Positions 13,907 to 26,831 of a stretch of 64,000 nt of DNA are shown here, piece by piece. The notes under the pieces are model-generated. The model had not been told where the DNA came from. It was given only the letters and a program-made list of their open reading frames with translations, and ran no database searches. The position numbers and the translations under genes were made by a program. Every line of letters starts with the position of its first letter. Positions within the stretch are counted from its first letter, which is position 1. Origin of the DNA: Rhizophagus irregularis (taxonomy: Eukaryota). The stretch lies in assembly GCF_026210795.1 (NCBI RefSeq), contig NC_089434.1, positions 4,650,001 through 4,714,000 on the forward strand, given 5' to 3'.

Positions 13907-14400
13907 TTATACTGTCAAATAAAACTAAAATAACTGCAGGTAAAGAGGTGTATGACAGATTTCTGAATTGTTGTGAGTTGTCTTTGCATAGCCTCAAGTT
14001 TATAAATTTCTTGAAATTGACTATAGGCACTACGACCATCCTCAGATAAATGATCTGATTTTCGAGAGTCCTGAGAATACATTGGAACACCACATACCGG
14101 AGGAAGCTTCCCACACCAACAAGAATTATGGATCGGCCACCAAAGGAAATATTGTAGTGATCCAGAATGCTTGCCGCAGTCGTAAATCAATTATAGCAAG
14201 AAAACGGCGTCCTACCATACTCATTTCATCGATTATTAAATATTCTATATATTTAGTTTTCTTTGAGTTTCTTAAAGATTCACCTTCAAGCTCAACGTTT
14301 ACCCGCATATTGAAACAAAAAGTGACGAACGTATAGTGCTGCCTTCAATGTTAAAAGCAGCAACACCTGTTGGAGCAACTACCATATTGTTCTCCGCTTA
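13907..14400 (-). pseudogene. PIF1-family (Helitron-type) helicase fragment, internally deleted
   Basis: Motifs VAPTGVAAFNIEGST, YLIIDEMSMVGRRFLAIIDLRLRQAF, FGGRSIILV, LPPV; frameshifts present. Confidence 0.85.
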
Positions 14401-14639
14401 AGACCATATTCCTAATTCAATTAAAAGTAGGTACGTTTCTTTTTTTCAAAGATTTTTTAACCTTCTTTTTCTTTAAAGTTAAAATGATGAAGAAAAATTA
14501 TTTTATATTTATTATATTAAGTCAGTTAATGAATAGAGAGGAGACACAACTACGAAATCCGAAGTGGAAAATTCTCACGTGTATTATCTCAGGACACGGT
14601 ACCAAAATAAAGGCTTTTCAGAAAACTATCAACCTTCAT

Positions 14640-15290
14640 CGTCTACAGACATGGATATATTGGTATGCTGAACGATCATTGGATCCCACTACTTGCGCTT
14701 ATAAAATACGTATGCGGAAGGATTTGCCTATAACACAATCGCGGGTTACCGTACCGCAGTTAGTGAAATCCACGAACATGTAGACGGGTATGGATGTCGC
14801 AAAAACGGTGTTATCTATTCACATCGATAATCCACCAATTCGCTCTGATGACCCTACAAATATAACACCTCCACTTGATTATATTAAATAATTGGGAACT
14901 AACAACAAAATGTCCATTAGAAACCTGATAATCAAAACAGCCTTCCTGTTAGCCCTAGTTACAGCAAGGAGACTTAAAGAAGGTGAATATTACAACAATT
15001 AAGTCATCTAGCTCAGGATACACTTTAGAATGTAGAGATCCGAAGGAACACAAATCAGCTAAATCACATTCATTGAATACATCTAAATCTTCAGCAAAAA
15101 AGCTTTACGTGGGACGATATGAAGAAGATTCTTTAATATGTCCATATAATGCGTTACAGTGCTTATTAAATAGAACCCAAACTTGGAGGGATGATCCTAA
15201 GAATAAACATGTACTGTTTCTGATCTCGAAGCTATCACATACACCGCGGCTACAGATACCATCGCTAATTGGATTAAATCAGCGGTAAAA
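14640..15290 (+). pseudogene. DIRS-type tyrosine recombinase fragment
   Basis: GFAYNTIAGYRTAVSEIHEHVDG...IHIDNPP (SAM-like N-terminal part), KTAFLLALVTARR, ICPYNALQCLLNRT...LFLISK..H...DTIANWIKS. Confidence 0.8.
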
Positions 15291-15359
15291 CTTTCTTCTC
15301 ATTCACAGTTCAGAAGCGACGATGTTGTACCAAATAATCGATGATTTTGAAGTTATAGA

Positions 15360-15670
15360 CAGAGATTGCCTTTACTTCCAATAAAGTCTTCGAATTCGTC
15401 TGTCGAAGAATTCCCCAGATAACGTTACTTGTTTTTTATGCCATAAGTCAATGGAAAGTTGTGGTCCTGCGGTACTTGCGTTTATATTTTGATGAAAATA
15501 ATGGTGGTAATTATAATTATGATGATGTTGATAATAATAACGATAATGATAATTATGATGGGGATAATAATGATGATGGTGATGATAGTGATGATGATGA
15601 TAATGATAATTGATAACGATGGTGGTGATGGCGACAATAATAATGAAGAGGAGGAGGAGGAGGAGGACCT
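15360..15670 (+). pseudogene. Fragment of an F-box/LRR paralog (Asp/Asn tract region)
   Basis: GATAACGATGGTGGTGATGGCGACAATAATAATGA is identical to ~8572-8606 of the intact gene; the region is near-identical to 54165-54450. Confidence 0.8.
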
Positions 15671-16964
15671 GAAAATCGGGATCGGGACATCTTGGTGATC
15701 TCCTTTGAGGCTTTTTATACATCTGTCAATTGTTGGAAATTTCTTCTTGAATTTTTTCAATTAAAATAAGACCGATTTTTTTTTGTACAAGCCGTAAACA
15801 ATTTACTAATAATAATCGAGGATGGTGTTAGACAATTAATTCAAAAACAATTGGTATAACAAATGAATCTTCGAATGGGTGTAAAAGAAAATCCAACAGA
15901 AAAAAAGATTCGAATTGGACAATATTCTATTTACAAAGTAATGTTTCCAGAACAGGAATTTCAAAAGGACAATACGCAATCAACTTTGTCGCAGAACAAG
16001 ACAATGGCGCGCTTTGTGAAGAATGGCAGATCGATTAACTGGTCTAAACGGTGCATATGAGGGTGAGATAGATTATTTTAACCGAACCTTCTTCATGTTG
16101 TTTAATACTAATGAGCTGCTGCTTGAATACTTCTTGATTCTTTGCTCCACGCGATATATACGCGATATATATGAACGGGTGCAGAATAATGAGAATAATG
16201 CTAAAATACTGGACGAGTAATTTGTAACAGATGGATTGGATTTTGAACAGGTTGAATAAGTTGAGATGTTCGAGTGCTCACGGGTATTATTGCATTTATC
16301 GGTATATTTCGATATTGTATTGGAGCAGATCTTGATTCTCGAATTTATATCATGGACATTCTTATTTTCCAGTTAATACATATTTGGAAGGAATTTTTAG
16401 GGTAGTAAGTACCATTTACTACTCCAGTTATAGTTTTGATCTCTTTGGATAGGACTTCATTGATTAAAACAATGTGTATTGTATTTCTTTTTATAGTTCA
16501 AATAAAAATGCGAATATTTTATTTTATTTTTATTTTATTTATTTCAAAGTTCCACAATTTTTTTTTTACTCAACCTCGTTCCAAAAAATCCAAAAAATCA
16601 GAAAATATTTTTTGTGATTTGACAAGCGCTTATTAATTAGAGCTGGATATGAGACGAAATTAAGAAATAACAAAAATGATGATGAAAGAACTAAATTTTT
16701 TTTAAGAACTTGAAAGTTCATAATTGGAATTTGAAGATATGAGAAGATTTAATGCATACATCCAGTTGATCTCATTATCCAGCATGCCATTTCAACATTT
16801 CATCAAACGTTTTCAGTGTTCGTCTAACGCGCCGTCTGAGAATTGTTTAAATGTATAATTAAATTATAGAAACAGTAAATGCATGAGATCATTTAAGGTA
16901 GCTCACTAATTCTATGTCAACAAATTTTCTATCATCATTACTATTTAACTTATACTTCGTATAG

Positions 16965-17400
16965 GATGATTCAACAGGATCAGCTAATAGTACTTGATAG
17001 TACAGTAAAAGTATGGGATATAGAGAAAGGATTTTGTACACATAATTTTCGGGAACATGGAGGAATTATAAGTTAATTGAATTTATTTCAGATGGATGTT
17101 AATTTCATTGTATAATATATATATATATATATAGGATTTATTGAAAAGAAGGCAAATTTTGCTCAGGAAGAGTCAATTTTAATTGATTGTTTAGTTGTGA
17201 AACTATATTGAAACGTCATGTTGATAAAATAATTTTAAGTGGGATGATTGCCGATAGTTTCATAGGGAACGAATCTAGCTCATGATGGTTGATGAATTAC
17301 TTATATTTAGCAACAGTCAAGATAAAGTTGGGACTTGAAGAAGGAAAATTGGTCACAAGAAAGAATTATTTTATACTGATGGTAATGATAATGGTAAATT
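16965..17400 (+). pseudogene. UTP13: WD40 gene fragments resembling UTP13/TBL3
   Basis: TGSA..DSTVKVWDIEKGFCTHNFREHGGII resembles the Utp13/TBL3 repeat VKVWDI..G..TH.F.GHGG. Further pieces (QDKV..WDLKKG) lie downstream. Frameshifts present. Confidence 0.6.
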
Positions 17401-20400
17401 AATTATATCTTTTGAAGTCAAACCCAATTTTTTTATTTATTTTATTTTTAATTGTTAGGAATTACCATTGTCTTGAAACTCAATGTCCGGAATTTGCGCG
17501 CGCGCGAAACTTCGCACATGGCCAAGAAAATTTTTGTGCACAAAGCACACAAAAACCTTGTATATACTTCCACACATTTTGTACATAGAATTTTATTTGA
17601 CAAGGTATTTAATCAGTGCTAAATATAATAATAGTGCTTTATTTACAATTTTAACTCTTTTTTTTTTTTAAATAAACAAGCTAGGTCCAGTAATTCTGCA
17701 TAACTACCAACCTCGATGTCTTAAAGAGCAACTAATCAATGGAAAGATTGGTATTATATCGATAATTTTATTTAATTCACCTTTTTTTTGATCGTGAATA
17801 TTCTAAATTTATTTAGTTTTTAGTTTTAATTAATTCATTTAATTAGTTCGTATGTTGATTAAATTTTTAATTTAGGAACGAATGTACAATCATGGAAATT
17901 TTACTCCAATTCTTTAGCTTCTAAAAACATTTCGATCACGACAGCAAAATTTACATGGATCGTTTAGGATCTCAAACCCATTTGTACCTTATTCACGAAG
18001 CGAAGCAAATGAACAAATTAAACGGATGATTAAAAAAACACGCCGCGGGACTGAATGATCACCGTGTTATAATTTGTAGAGTCAATTCAAAATATTTCTC
18101 TAAGCATGAACATAAATTAACAGATTTCTGAAAACAATCAGGGGTGAGAGACTTGAAACATTTTTGGTTTATTTAAAATGAATGAAAACAAGTAACCAGG
18201 AGAGAAAATTGTCAATACGAGTTTCGGAAACATGTTGAATTCAAATTAATCATCTGTTCGAAGAAGAGCAAGAAATAATATATAACACGTTATAATTGCT
18301 GATATTGCTAAGAAAAAATGAGAAAAGAGAATGATATGGATAAGATGGGAAGATAAATAATTATTTCCAAGACCAATCCTTCAGGTTATCTTGAATATTA
18401 TAAAGTACATATGGAATAGATGGAATGACAAAGAAGACCATATACGATTTCTGGCGTTCACCTTTTTACCGTAAGATTTAGTACTGTTAGATTCATTCTA
18501 CGTGGCACACTCATAAGGCCATTCATTCATTAACTTACTAATAAAGAAGTTTAAGGTGATAAATGTTAATTATCGGTGTTTTTTATAGCGAAAATACGAA
18601 ATAGAACTTTTTACTTCTTTTTTTGCTTTCTTTGTTTACTAAGTTTACTAACGTTCTTTTGTTCTTTTTTTTTGTAGGAATGATACCCTGGACTCCCCGG
18701 AGTAGAAATGAATTCCTGGTAAATGTCTTGTCGTTTTTTTTGTTTAGTTCAGGAATGTTTACTAACCTTCTTTTATTTTCTTTTTTTTTTGTAGAAACGG
18801 CACCCTGGACTCTTCGGAAGCGAAATGTTAATGGCTATCTTATTCTTTTTGGCGTTGCTTCTTTATTTTCGTTGATTCTGTTCAGATGTTGCTTTGTTTG
18901 ATATGTAATCGATATCATCATCCACGATCATGCTTCATTTTGTTGATTCTATTCATTTTGGTAGTGTTGAGATGTAATTTACCCTCGACCTTGTTTCAGG
19001 ATTTCTTGTATTTTCGTATATATAAGTTAAACCCTCGATGAGATGACAAGATTTTATTGATATTTGTAACACTAATTTTATGACGTTCTTTAGTTTCATT
19101 GATTAAAAAGGTTTGAAATTTTAAACCGAAACAATAAAAGACTCATACCAATGAAAGTTGCATTTGAAAGAAATACCTTGTTTAATAAACATTCATCATT
19201 AATGTATTAAAGTTTAAACTTTGTGAGATAGACAGATAGTACAAATACATTATGATCTTCCATTCAAATGGATTGATGATTGGACAATAGTGATGGCATT
19301 CGGCTAATTTAATTTCTCCTTTTTGTTCATAAAATTTATTTTTATGGGTTGTATTTTAAAAATTGAACGAAATAAAGAAAGTATTTTCGTCTAAATTTTA
19401 TTCTAGATAATCTATCTCGTATATCGGATTGTAATTTTTGTATGAATGATAAAAGATTATGCATATCCATACTCTTTACTGTAGGAAATACGACTGGTCC
19501 AGAAATTTGAAATCCATCTTGTTTAATAAATTCCCGATCCCGTAACCTATTTTTGGGATTATATATACTTTTTGAATTCTGATTTTTGTGAGATAAACAT
19601 ATGATATAAGCTTACAACCTTACCTATTGATTATCTATATTTGAATGACTCATATTATTTTGTTTAATTAATGATGATATTTTTGGCCTAGAAATATGAA
19701 TCTTGAATGCTTATTCATACTATTCATACTATAACTGGTCCATTTCGTTATTGAATACTTTAATAAATGTTACACCATATGAAATCTCGAAGTACACGAA
19801 TCCATTTAGATGAATTGCTGAATTCGGTTAATTAATACATGCTTCGTTCTTCTTGTGATCTATATTTGGAATAATTTTTTTAAATAACGCGATAATTCCG
19901 ATTGTGATGAATTAAAGGAATTCCGATTATTATAATTTATTGAAATATGAAATGTTAAATGATTAAATTTATGTTACTATTTTGATTGATAATTTCCTTT
20001 ATAGTCCCTGTAACAAAAGATTGCGAAAGATAATATCTATTGTACTTTAAATTCGAAACCTAAATGACCCCTCGCTGTTTTGTTTAAAGGGGTAATGTAA
20101 CTATATTAATTAATTAAATTGGTAACAACATGAAATTATAAGTAAATTTAAGATATATAAATGAAAAAAAATTTCTTTATGGATTTCTATAAAATTGACA
20201 AAAATAAAATTTTGAAATATTAAATTATTAAATCACTAACCAAATGATTAGCAAAATCATTAAAATCATTAAACTTTATAAACTTAACAATACTCCTTCT
20301 TTAATTACTGACCAAAAACGTCCTCAGGAAGGCAATATGAAACGACATCCACTAAATTCGTGGATAATTGGGGCACGGCACGCAACATATAGCGTGCCGT

Positions 20401-20583
20401 GTCATACTTAAAACATCCCCAAGAAAAAGCGGCGGGGAAAAGACGCGGGAAAAGTAGCGCGTTATAAGTAAAGTCACGGGCCCGTTTAATATGCATGTTA
20501 TAAGTAAACGGCCCGTGACTTAATATAGAGGAATACACGGGGGATTAGAGGATAATCTTAAATTTTTTTGGTCCATCACTTCA

Positions 20584-20726
20584 ATTTAAATATTTGTTAT
20601 AAAATATATCTAATCATGTAAATTTAAATATTTGTCTTAAAATATATCTAAACATTTAAATATAATATTTGTCTTAAAATATATCTAATCATGTAAATTT
20701 AAATTTTTGTCTTTAAATAAATCTAA
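20584..20726. repeat. Degenerate AT-rich minisatellite (~35-bp unit, ~4 copies)
   Basis: Repeated ATTTAAATATTTGTCTTAAAATATATCTAA(TCATGTAA). Confidence 0.6.
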
Positions 20727-21067
20727 AGTTCTTTAAAATCCAAATTATTAATAATGTTATTATTTACTTTACTGTTTCTAAAATTCTTTAAAAATTATCA
20801 ATAAAGTTTGATCCTGTATTTAATAATGATTGGTTTTTTAATTGAAAACGTATTTATAATCATGCTATGAAAAATGTAAAGACGTAAAATATGATAAAGT
20901 AAATAACTGCTAACTTTGACCAGAATTTAATACTTTAATCAGAGATTAGAGCAATATTCCTGTAAAAAATTTTATCTGTAATTTCTGATCAGAACAATTT
21001 ATTATTCGTAAAGATGTTCTCCAAAAAATATAAATATGATTAGTTTTGTTTCCTTACATCTTCAATC

Positions 21068-21235
21068 ATGACGAGATATATTCCCTATATCCCAATTCGT
21101 GAAATACGAAGAAAGAAGCAACCTAATTGCTTCATTTTATATCGTAAATGGCTTGCTACGCGATCACTCCAGCTGCATCATACATTTGGAAGCGGATGTC
21201 TGAGAAAGAAAAAATAAATGGAGAGCATTATATGT
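21068..21235 (+). pseudogene. MATA-type HMG-box remnant
   Basis: MTRYIPYIPIREIRRKKQPNCFILYRKW, then after a frameshift/deletion AASYIWKRMSEKEK.KWRAL, matching HMG-box helices 1 and 3. Confidence 0.7.
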
Positions 21236-21577
21236 TCGTAATGCTGATGACTAAAATCCGATTTTCTTAAGAAGGCCATTTTAAGATAAATTTATAAATC
21301 AAAATTTCTTGGATTTTTGTCCTGTTTCCTTTGAATTATTATCCTAATTACCATTATTCAATTGTAATCTAGATAAAAAGCCAAGTTTTATAATTTGCCG
21401 CATGAGCAAATTTATTATATTTCAATATATGAGTTTTAGTTAAAAATTATACAATTTAATAAGTTTGTTGTAAAGTAAATTTTTCTAATATTATATACAT
21501 TAATCGTTTATGTTATAATATAATCTATGTTTAATGATCTAAATCTTCTATAAGTATTATAAGTATCTTACGCAGCT

Positions 21578-21691
21578 GCAAATGTATCTTTCTTATACGT
21601 GTACGACATACTATCTTATACGACCTATATTATGTGACATACACGTCGTATAAGAACATAGCACCTGATCGTATAAGAACGATACATTTGC
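21578..21691. mobile_element. 114-bp MULE-like MITE
   Basis: 22-bp TIR GCAAATGTATC(T/G)TTCTTATACG; perfect 9-bp TSD TACGCAGCT at 21569-21577 and 21692-21700. Confidence 0.85.
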
Positions 21692-24368
21692 TACGCAGCT
21701 ACTGCTTTGTATCAAATTATCATATGAAACTTACTAATTTGTTAGGATTATTCCTAGTTCGGACACAATAAATTGATTAATTTAGAATATGACATGTTAC
21801 AATCGTTACATTGACATTTGTACGAAATAAATTTTTTATTCCACACAAGCACACAAGTAAATAAGAGATGGGACGAAATTTGATCAACATTTTCACAAAA
21901 AAACGATTTGTCAATAATTTCAAAAATCATTATCTTTATTTAAATTTTACTACGGAATCTAAAATCTTTCTTAGGAAAAAATTTGATTTCCGGTACTCCG
22001 ATAAAAGATTAATGAAAGCGTTCAACCTAAATTAACCAATATAACCAGTTTCCGCGTTTATAGTTTGAAATTAATATTGTTCATAATATGCAGTGTTACT
22101 CATTAATCATTATCGTTCAAATTTGTACTTCGTCCGTTAACATTAATATTCCCATCCTATTCTGAAAAATAAAGGTTTCTTATCTGATAAAACTCCTAAA
22201 ATGTATTTTCATAGTATCCCAATTTTATTTGTAAAAATATTTCATGTAAATTATTAGTATCTTAAATTAGATATCACAATTCATTATATGGAAATAATGA
22301 ATCAAAGACAGATGAGTTTAACGGTATTTACCTGTATTCTATAATTAGTTCGGTTATTATATACTGTATATACCGGTATCTTAATATTGTAAATTGTAAT
22401 ATGGTTCGCTTAATAATAAGAATGGTAAATTGGTAATGCGATTACATAAATAATAATTATAAATGATTGATACCTGGATTTTTCATAAAAAATTTGCCTT
22501 GAAATAAAATAGTATTAAAATTCTACGAAAATCTGAACAAAATCAAAAATATTGATCGCAGAGGCAGGCGATCCATATCCTCCTACGTGACTGCATGCTT
22601 AGATATTGTCTTCAAGATAACTGGTTCTTATGATGTAGTAACTGACGGGAATTGTATAGGCTCGATATAATGGTCTTGGTGATACTGCAAGGCATCTTGT
22701 CTCTCCTTGCCGGGCGCAGTTCTTTCTTTTTCGACACGTTCCAACAGGTTTACCAGTTCCTCAATATCTCGTTTGACACCAATCCTCTCAGATTTGATGC
22801 TATTCTCTTTATTCAATCCTCTGAGGAATTGGTTTGGTTGACTAATATAATAAGTTTATATTAATAACATACTAGACATTGTTCATTAAATTATATAACC
22901 CGATGTAAAATGAGCTAGGCTTCCCTATCATTTAAGAAAATATGCATCTATTGTTTCTGTATTAGCCATAGGCATACAATAACAGGGATTTCAATATTTT
23001 ATGTATAAACTACACTACGCGGCTTTTAAAATCTTAATTTTGACCATATGCTATCGCATCACATAATGCCAGCTGAGGCATAGTTAATTCGGTGGAGATA
23101 TATGTCGTCATAACATGTATAGCTTCCAAAATTTTTAATCTGAAGTTTTTGATTCATAACAGATAAATTTTAATTCTTACAAAAAATAATCTAACTATCT
23201 TTAAGCGTTTATAAAAGGATTTTTTTTTCAAAAACATTTGCCGATTTGGCTCAATTCACTAATTTAAAATTTCGTGATAAGTATGAATTTTGATCTCATG
23301 CCGATTAAAATGTGATAATATTATGTAATGCACATGACGTTTTATATTTAAACCAATAATCGAAGGGATCGAACTTAAAATTGCAAGTTCGAAACAAGTT
23401 GCGAATTGGTTTCGAAGCATGTAATCCGAATGAGCCGAGTGACAAGACCAATAAGTTGACTAGCAAATCGTCACCCATCAAGCCGATTCTCAAATCTACA
23501 ACTGTCAAGTCGACAAGCAAGAAGCAAACAAGTCGATTAGCAAGCCGACCAAGAAGAAGAGACCCGACGAGGAGGTTCGAATTGTTTTTTTCTAATCTTC
23601 TAATATTTAAAATCACTGCAATCACGTGGGCGTTACGTTTAGACTAACCACATAAATAACAATTTACAATTGTGTGACTGCAGTGTTCAGTGTTGTAACG
23701 CAAATGACGCAAAACTGCAAAAGTATCAATCTTGATATTTACATGATAGGCACGCGTCAAAAAGAAAAATATATATATACAGTAAAACAGTATTTGTTTT
23801 TTTTTTTGTTTTTTCATAAAGAAAAAGAAGAAAGGGAAAGAAGAAAAAAAACAAAAGAAGAAAATATAAAAAAAGCAAAAAAGAAAGAAGCAAAAAAAAA
23901 GAAGTTAGAACAAAGTTAAAGAAAGAAAATAGAGAACAAAGGAACGAAAAAAAGAACCCACCTATATGGAACCGAAATGCCAAAGCGCCGAAGTTGCCGA
24001 AGAAGAGGAAATGAAGTTAGCACAAAGTTAAAGAACGAAAAAAGAGAAAGAACGAAAAAAAGAACGGAGCCAAAATGTTAAAGCGCCGAAGTTGCCAAAG
24101 AGCTGGGACCTAAGAGGAAAGAAGAGTTAGAACGATAGAAAGAATGAAAAAAAAGACAAAAAGAGAAAAAAAATGAAAAACGTACCTTATAACCGAAGAG
24201 CCGAAATGCCGAAGAGCCAGGATCTAAGAGGAAAGAAGAGTTAGAACGATAGAACGAAGTTGCCGAAGAGCCGGGACCTATTGAGCAAAACATAAAAAAC
24301 AAAAATAAAAGCCCTTGTAAATTATATAATTTTTGCTTTTCTTAATTTTTTTGAGATGTTAAATGAGT

Positions 24369-24790
24369 TTATATTAATTGGAAATTTTTTACATTATAGC
24401 TCCCCGTTATCCTTATGTATTTGCATTTGAACCATCTGTTATTGAAATGCGTCATATGAAAAGAATAGTCAGAACGAACGAAAAAAAATCCAGACCGCGT
24501 AAGCCAGGGCGTAAGTGGACACAGCAGCGGCCTCCGCGTGTACTTTGCTAGCGAAGATGCGTTTGCCTGCATATTGTTAGCAAACTATTAATATAATCAA
24601 CCATGTCTTCCTCTGTCAAGGATAAGCCAATTTTTTTCGCCGTTTTTTCGCTATGACCAAAGTTAACGTAAATAACATAATCCCACGCAGCGTAAATGTT
24701 AACAGTACGATCGCAATGTTTGGGATATGTTAACACAACAGTTAGAAGAGGAGGTGGAAGTGAAGAAACAAATTATACCTACTTTCATAC
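24369..24790 (-). pseudogene. Frame-shifted hypothetical gene of a dispersed family (relatives at ~57250-57420 and ~58330-58580)
   Basis: Two overlapping ORFs in different frames; the motif CTG(T/C)GTCCACTTACGC..CTTACGCGG(T/C)C(T/C)GGA is shared with the other two loci. Confidence 0.45.
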
Positions 24791-25349
24791 CTCATTCGAA
24801 CATAATTCCAACAAAGAAGCGATCGAAGAATTTGACGCAAATAATCGGAAGATGGCGACTCGTCTAGCGAAAAAGGATAAAATGAAGAGTGTCAATATGG
24901 AGAAGGTGGTGGAAAGACCACAAAAGGTAAAGAAATCGAGGGAAAAAAGTAATAGTATTATCGTTTTTTTAGGGGTTAGTTTTTTTTTTAAGATAGTTTT
25001 CGTGTATGTGGGTTTTGCTAAATATCGTAGATAGTAAATTTTTTACAAAAAATGTACGTGATATACCACGATGTTAAATGTAACTAGAAAAATAATCATT
25101 ACAAATTTTTATTTATTTTGGAGGGGTTAACTTATTGTTAGAGTTCAATAGTATAATGGGGTTAACTGTTAGACTGACTAGAGGAGAAGGACGGTTAACT
25201 TTGTTCAGGGTTGCGAAGAATAACAAAGGTTAGGAGATTACATTAATTAAATGTAGTTATGTAACATTTTGTGTAAGTTCTCTTCACCTTATGCAAATAA
25301 ATTGTAACGTTCTTACCAAAAAAAAAAAAGAATTTTCCAAAACAAATAA

Positions 25350-25975
25350 ATCAAACCAGCAGTTGAATTGGTATTTAAAAACATCAAAGTTCACTTCGAG
25401 TTTTTTCAATCTAAATCTGGAAAACGATGGAATTGGACTTCTCTAATGGGTCCAGATAAAAAAATAATGCTAGAAAAAATTTCCAGAATCACAATTTATT
25501 CCAGGTATTCGTGGAAAGGATATAGAAAATTTGTGAAAAGAATTTTATCGCTTATATATGATTTTACGTAAAGCACATCTTTCAGATTTAAGAAATTGAT
25601 CAGTTCGAAATTGATACCCAAAATTGGATCTACATGTTTTGTCACTCATGATCGCATAAATAGTACTACTCAAATTCCTGGAAAAAAGATATTACACCTT
25701 ATCTGTTATATCCGCCTTATATGCATGTTTTTGCAAAACACATACCCCAATTGTTGCGACAATTAAAAGAAAAAGGTCTCTCTTTTGCAAAAAAAAATCA
25801 CAATCAGGTCCTATAAAGAAAATTATATTAATTTTTTTATTCGAAAAATTTATTAATTTATATTTTTTTTTTTACTTTTATTGCTACTTTAGATTCATTT
25901 ATTTTTTGGGGGTACTAATATGGTGGAGGAACTGATGGAAAATCAATAGTATATAAAATTATGTTTTTTTAGAAC
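25350..25975 (+). pseudogene. C-terminal fragment of a Transib/RAG1/Chapaev-like DDE transposase
   Basis: WTSLMGPDKKIML and PYMHVFAKHIPQLLRQLKEKG..KKNHNQV resemble the RAG1 core motifs MNGNFARKL and ITNYFHKTLAHVPE..E..NK. Stops and frameshifts are present, and the catalytic-Glu segment appears deleted. Confidence 0.55.
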
Positions 25976-26214
25976 CACCAATGACCAATTATTTTATTTA
26001 AATAATAATATAATAATATTCCTAAAAAAATTGTTGCTAGAATAACTAGAATAATATACATTGAAATAAATAAAAAAATAATTGATGTATGGTAGTTAAT
26101 CTGATTTGTATTTGAGCATTCACTTGTTTCAGATTTATTTCTAAAATGTAAAAAAATTATAAATTATAAAAAACTTTAACATTTAAACACTAAACAAATT
26201 TATTAAGTAATACA

Positions 26215-26831
26215 CACTCTTCCCGAGAATCAACCATAAATGTACAAGTTGTAATCCCACACTTCAAATTTCGCCCATTTTCGTTTAGTTCTAATAGTGA
26301 CCTAAACAAAAAATCAAAATGGTTAATTTTTTAATTATATTAATTAGAGTAAATAGGTAAATAAAAATGCTTATATACCAATTAAAATAAATACCAATTA
26401 AAATTAAGACCATATCCTGTGGTCTTATCCTGCTGAAAATTCCAATATTCGCAATTAAGTATTTGCTTGAGTCTTTCTTCTCCATCCTTCCCTTGGAATT
26501 CGCAGTAATATTCTCGCTGTGCCGGACTATATCGAAAAGTAGGTTCATATTCAAATAAATGAACAAAAATAGTTTCCGGCAAAGCATCGATTGAAAGACT
26601 CTTGGAACCAATGGAATGCTCAAGCCGCTTTTTAATATGTATTATAAAAGCATTTTGATATTGAATAATGAGCTCAGGAGGGGGTAAGTAAAGGGAATTA
26701 CGGTGAGGTATAAATTTATTATCATTGTGTTTACTTTTTTCATGTCTTAAAAGTAAACTTATAGAAGAAAACTTTTGATGACAAAGTAAACATTCATAAA
26801 TAGAGGGGGTGTTCATATTCGTGTTCGACAT
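26215..26831 (-). CDS. C2H2 zinc-finger hypothetical protein (probably spliced, probably TE-associated, may be a pseudogene)
   Basis: ORF 26382-26831 begins MSNT..YECLLCHQKFSSISLLLRHEKSKH (C2H2). A probable downstream exon at ~26220-26303 contains an in-frame stop. Confidence 0.55.

Noticed and set aside
17680..18530. Possible integrase or other TE coding remnant (PYSRSEANEQIKRM)
   Set aside because: Too short and degenerate to assign.
20374..20521. GC hairpins (CACGGCACGC..GCGTGCCGTG; AAGTCACGGG..CCCGTGACTT) as a Helitron end or terminator
   Set aside because: No CTRR end at the expected distance and no other support.
22540..22830. Coiled-coil ORF fragment on the minus strand
   Set aside because: No recognisable family and interrupted by stops.
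23305..24300. Several Lys/Phe-rich ORFs
   Set aside because: Low-complexity purine tracts with short direct repeats; no coding signal.
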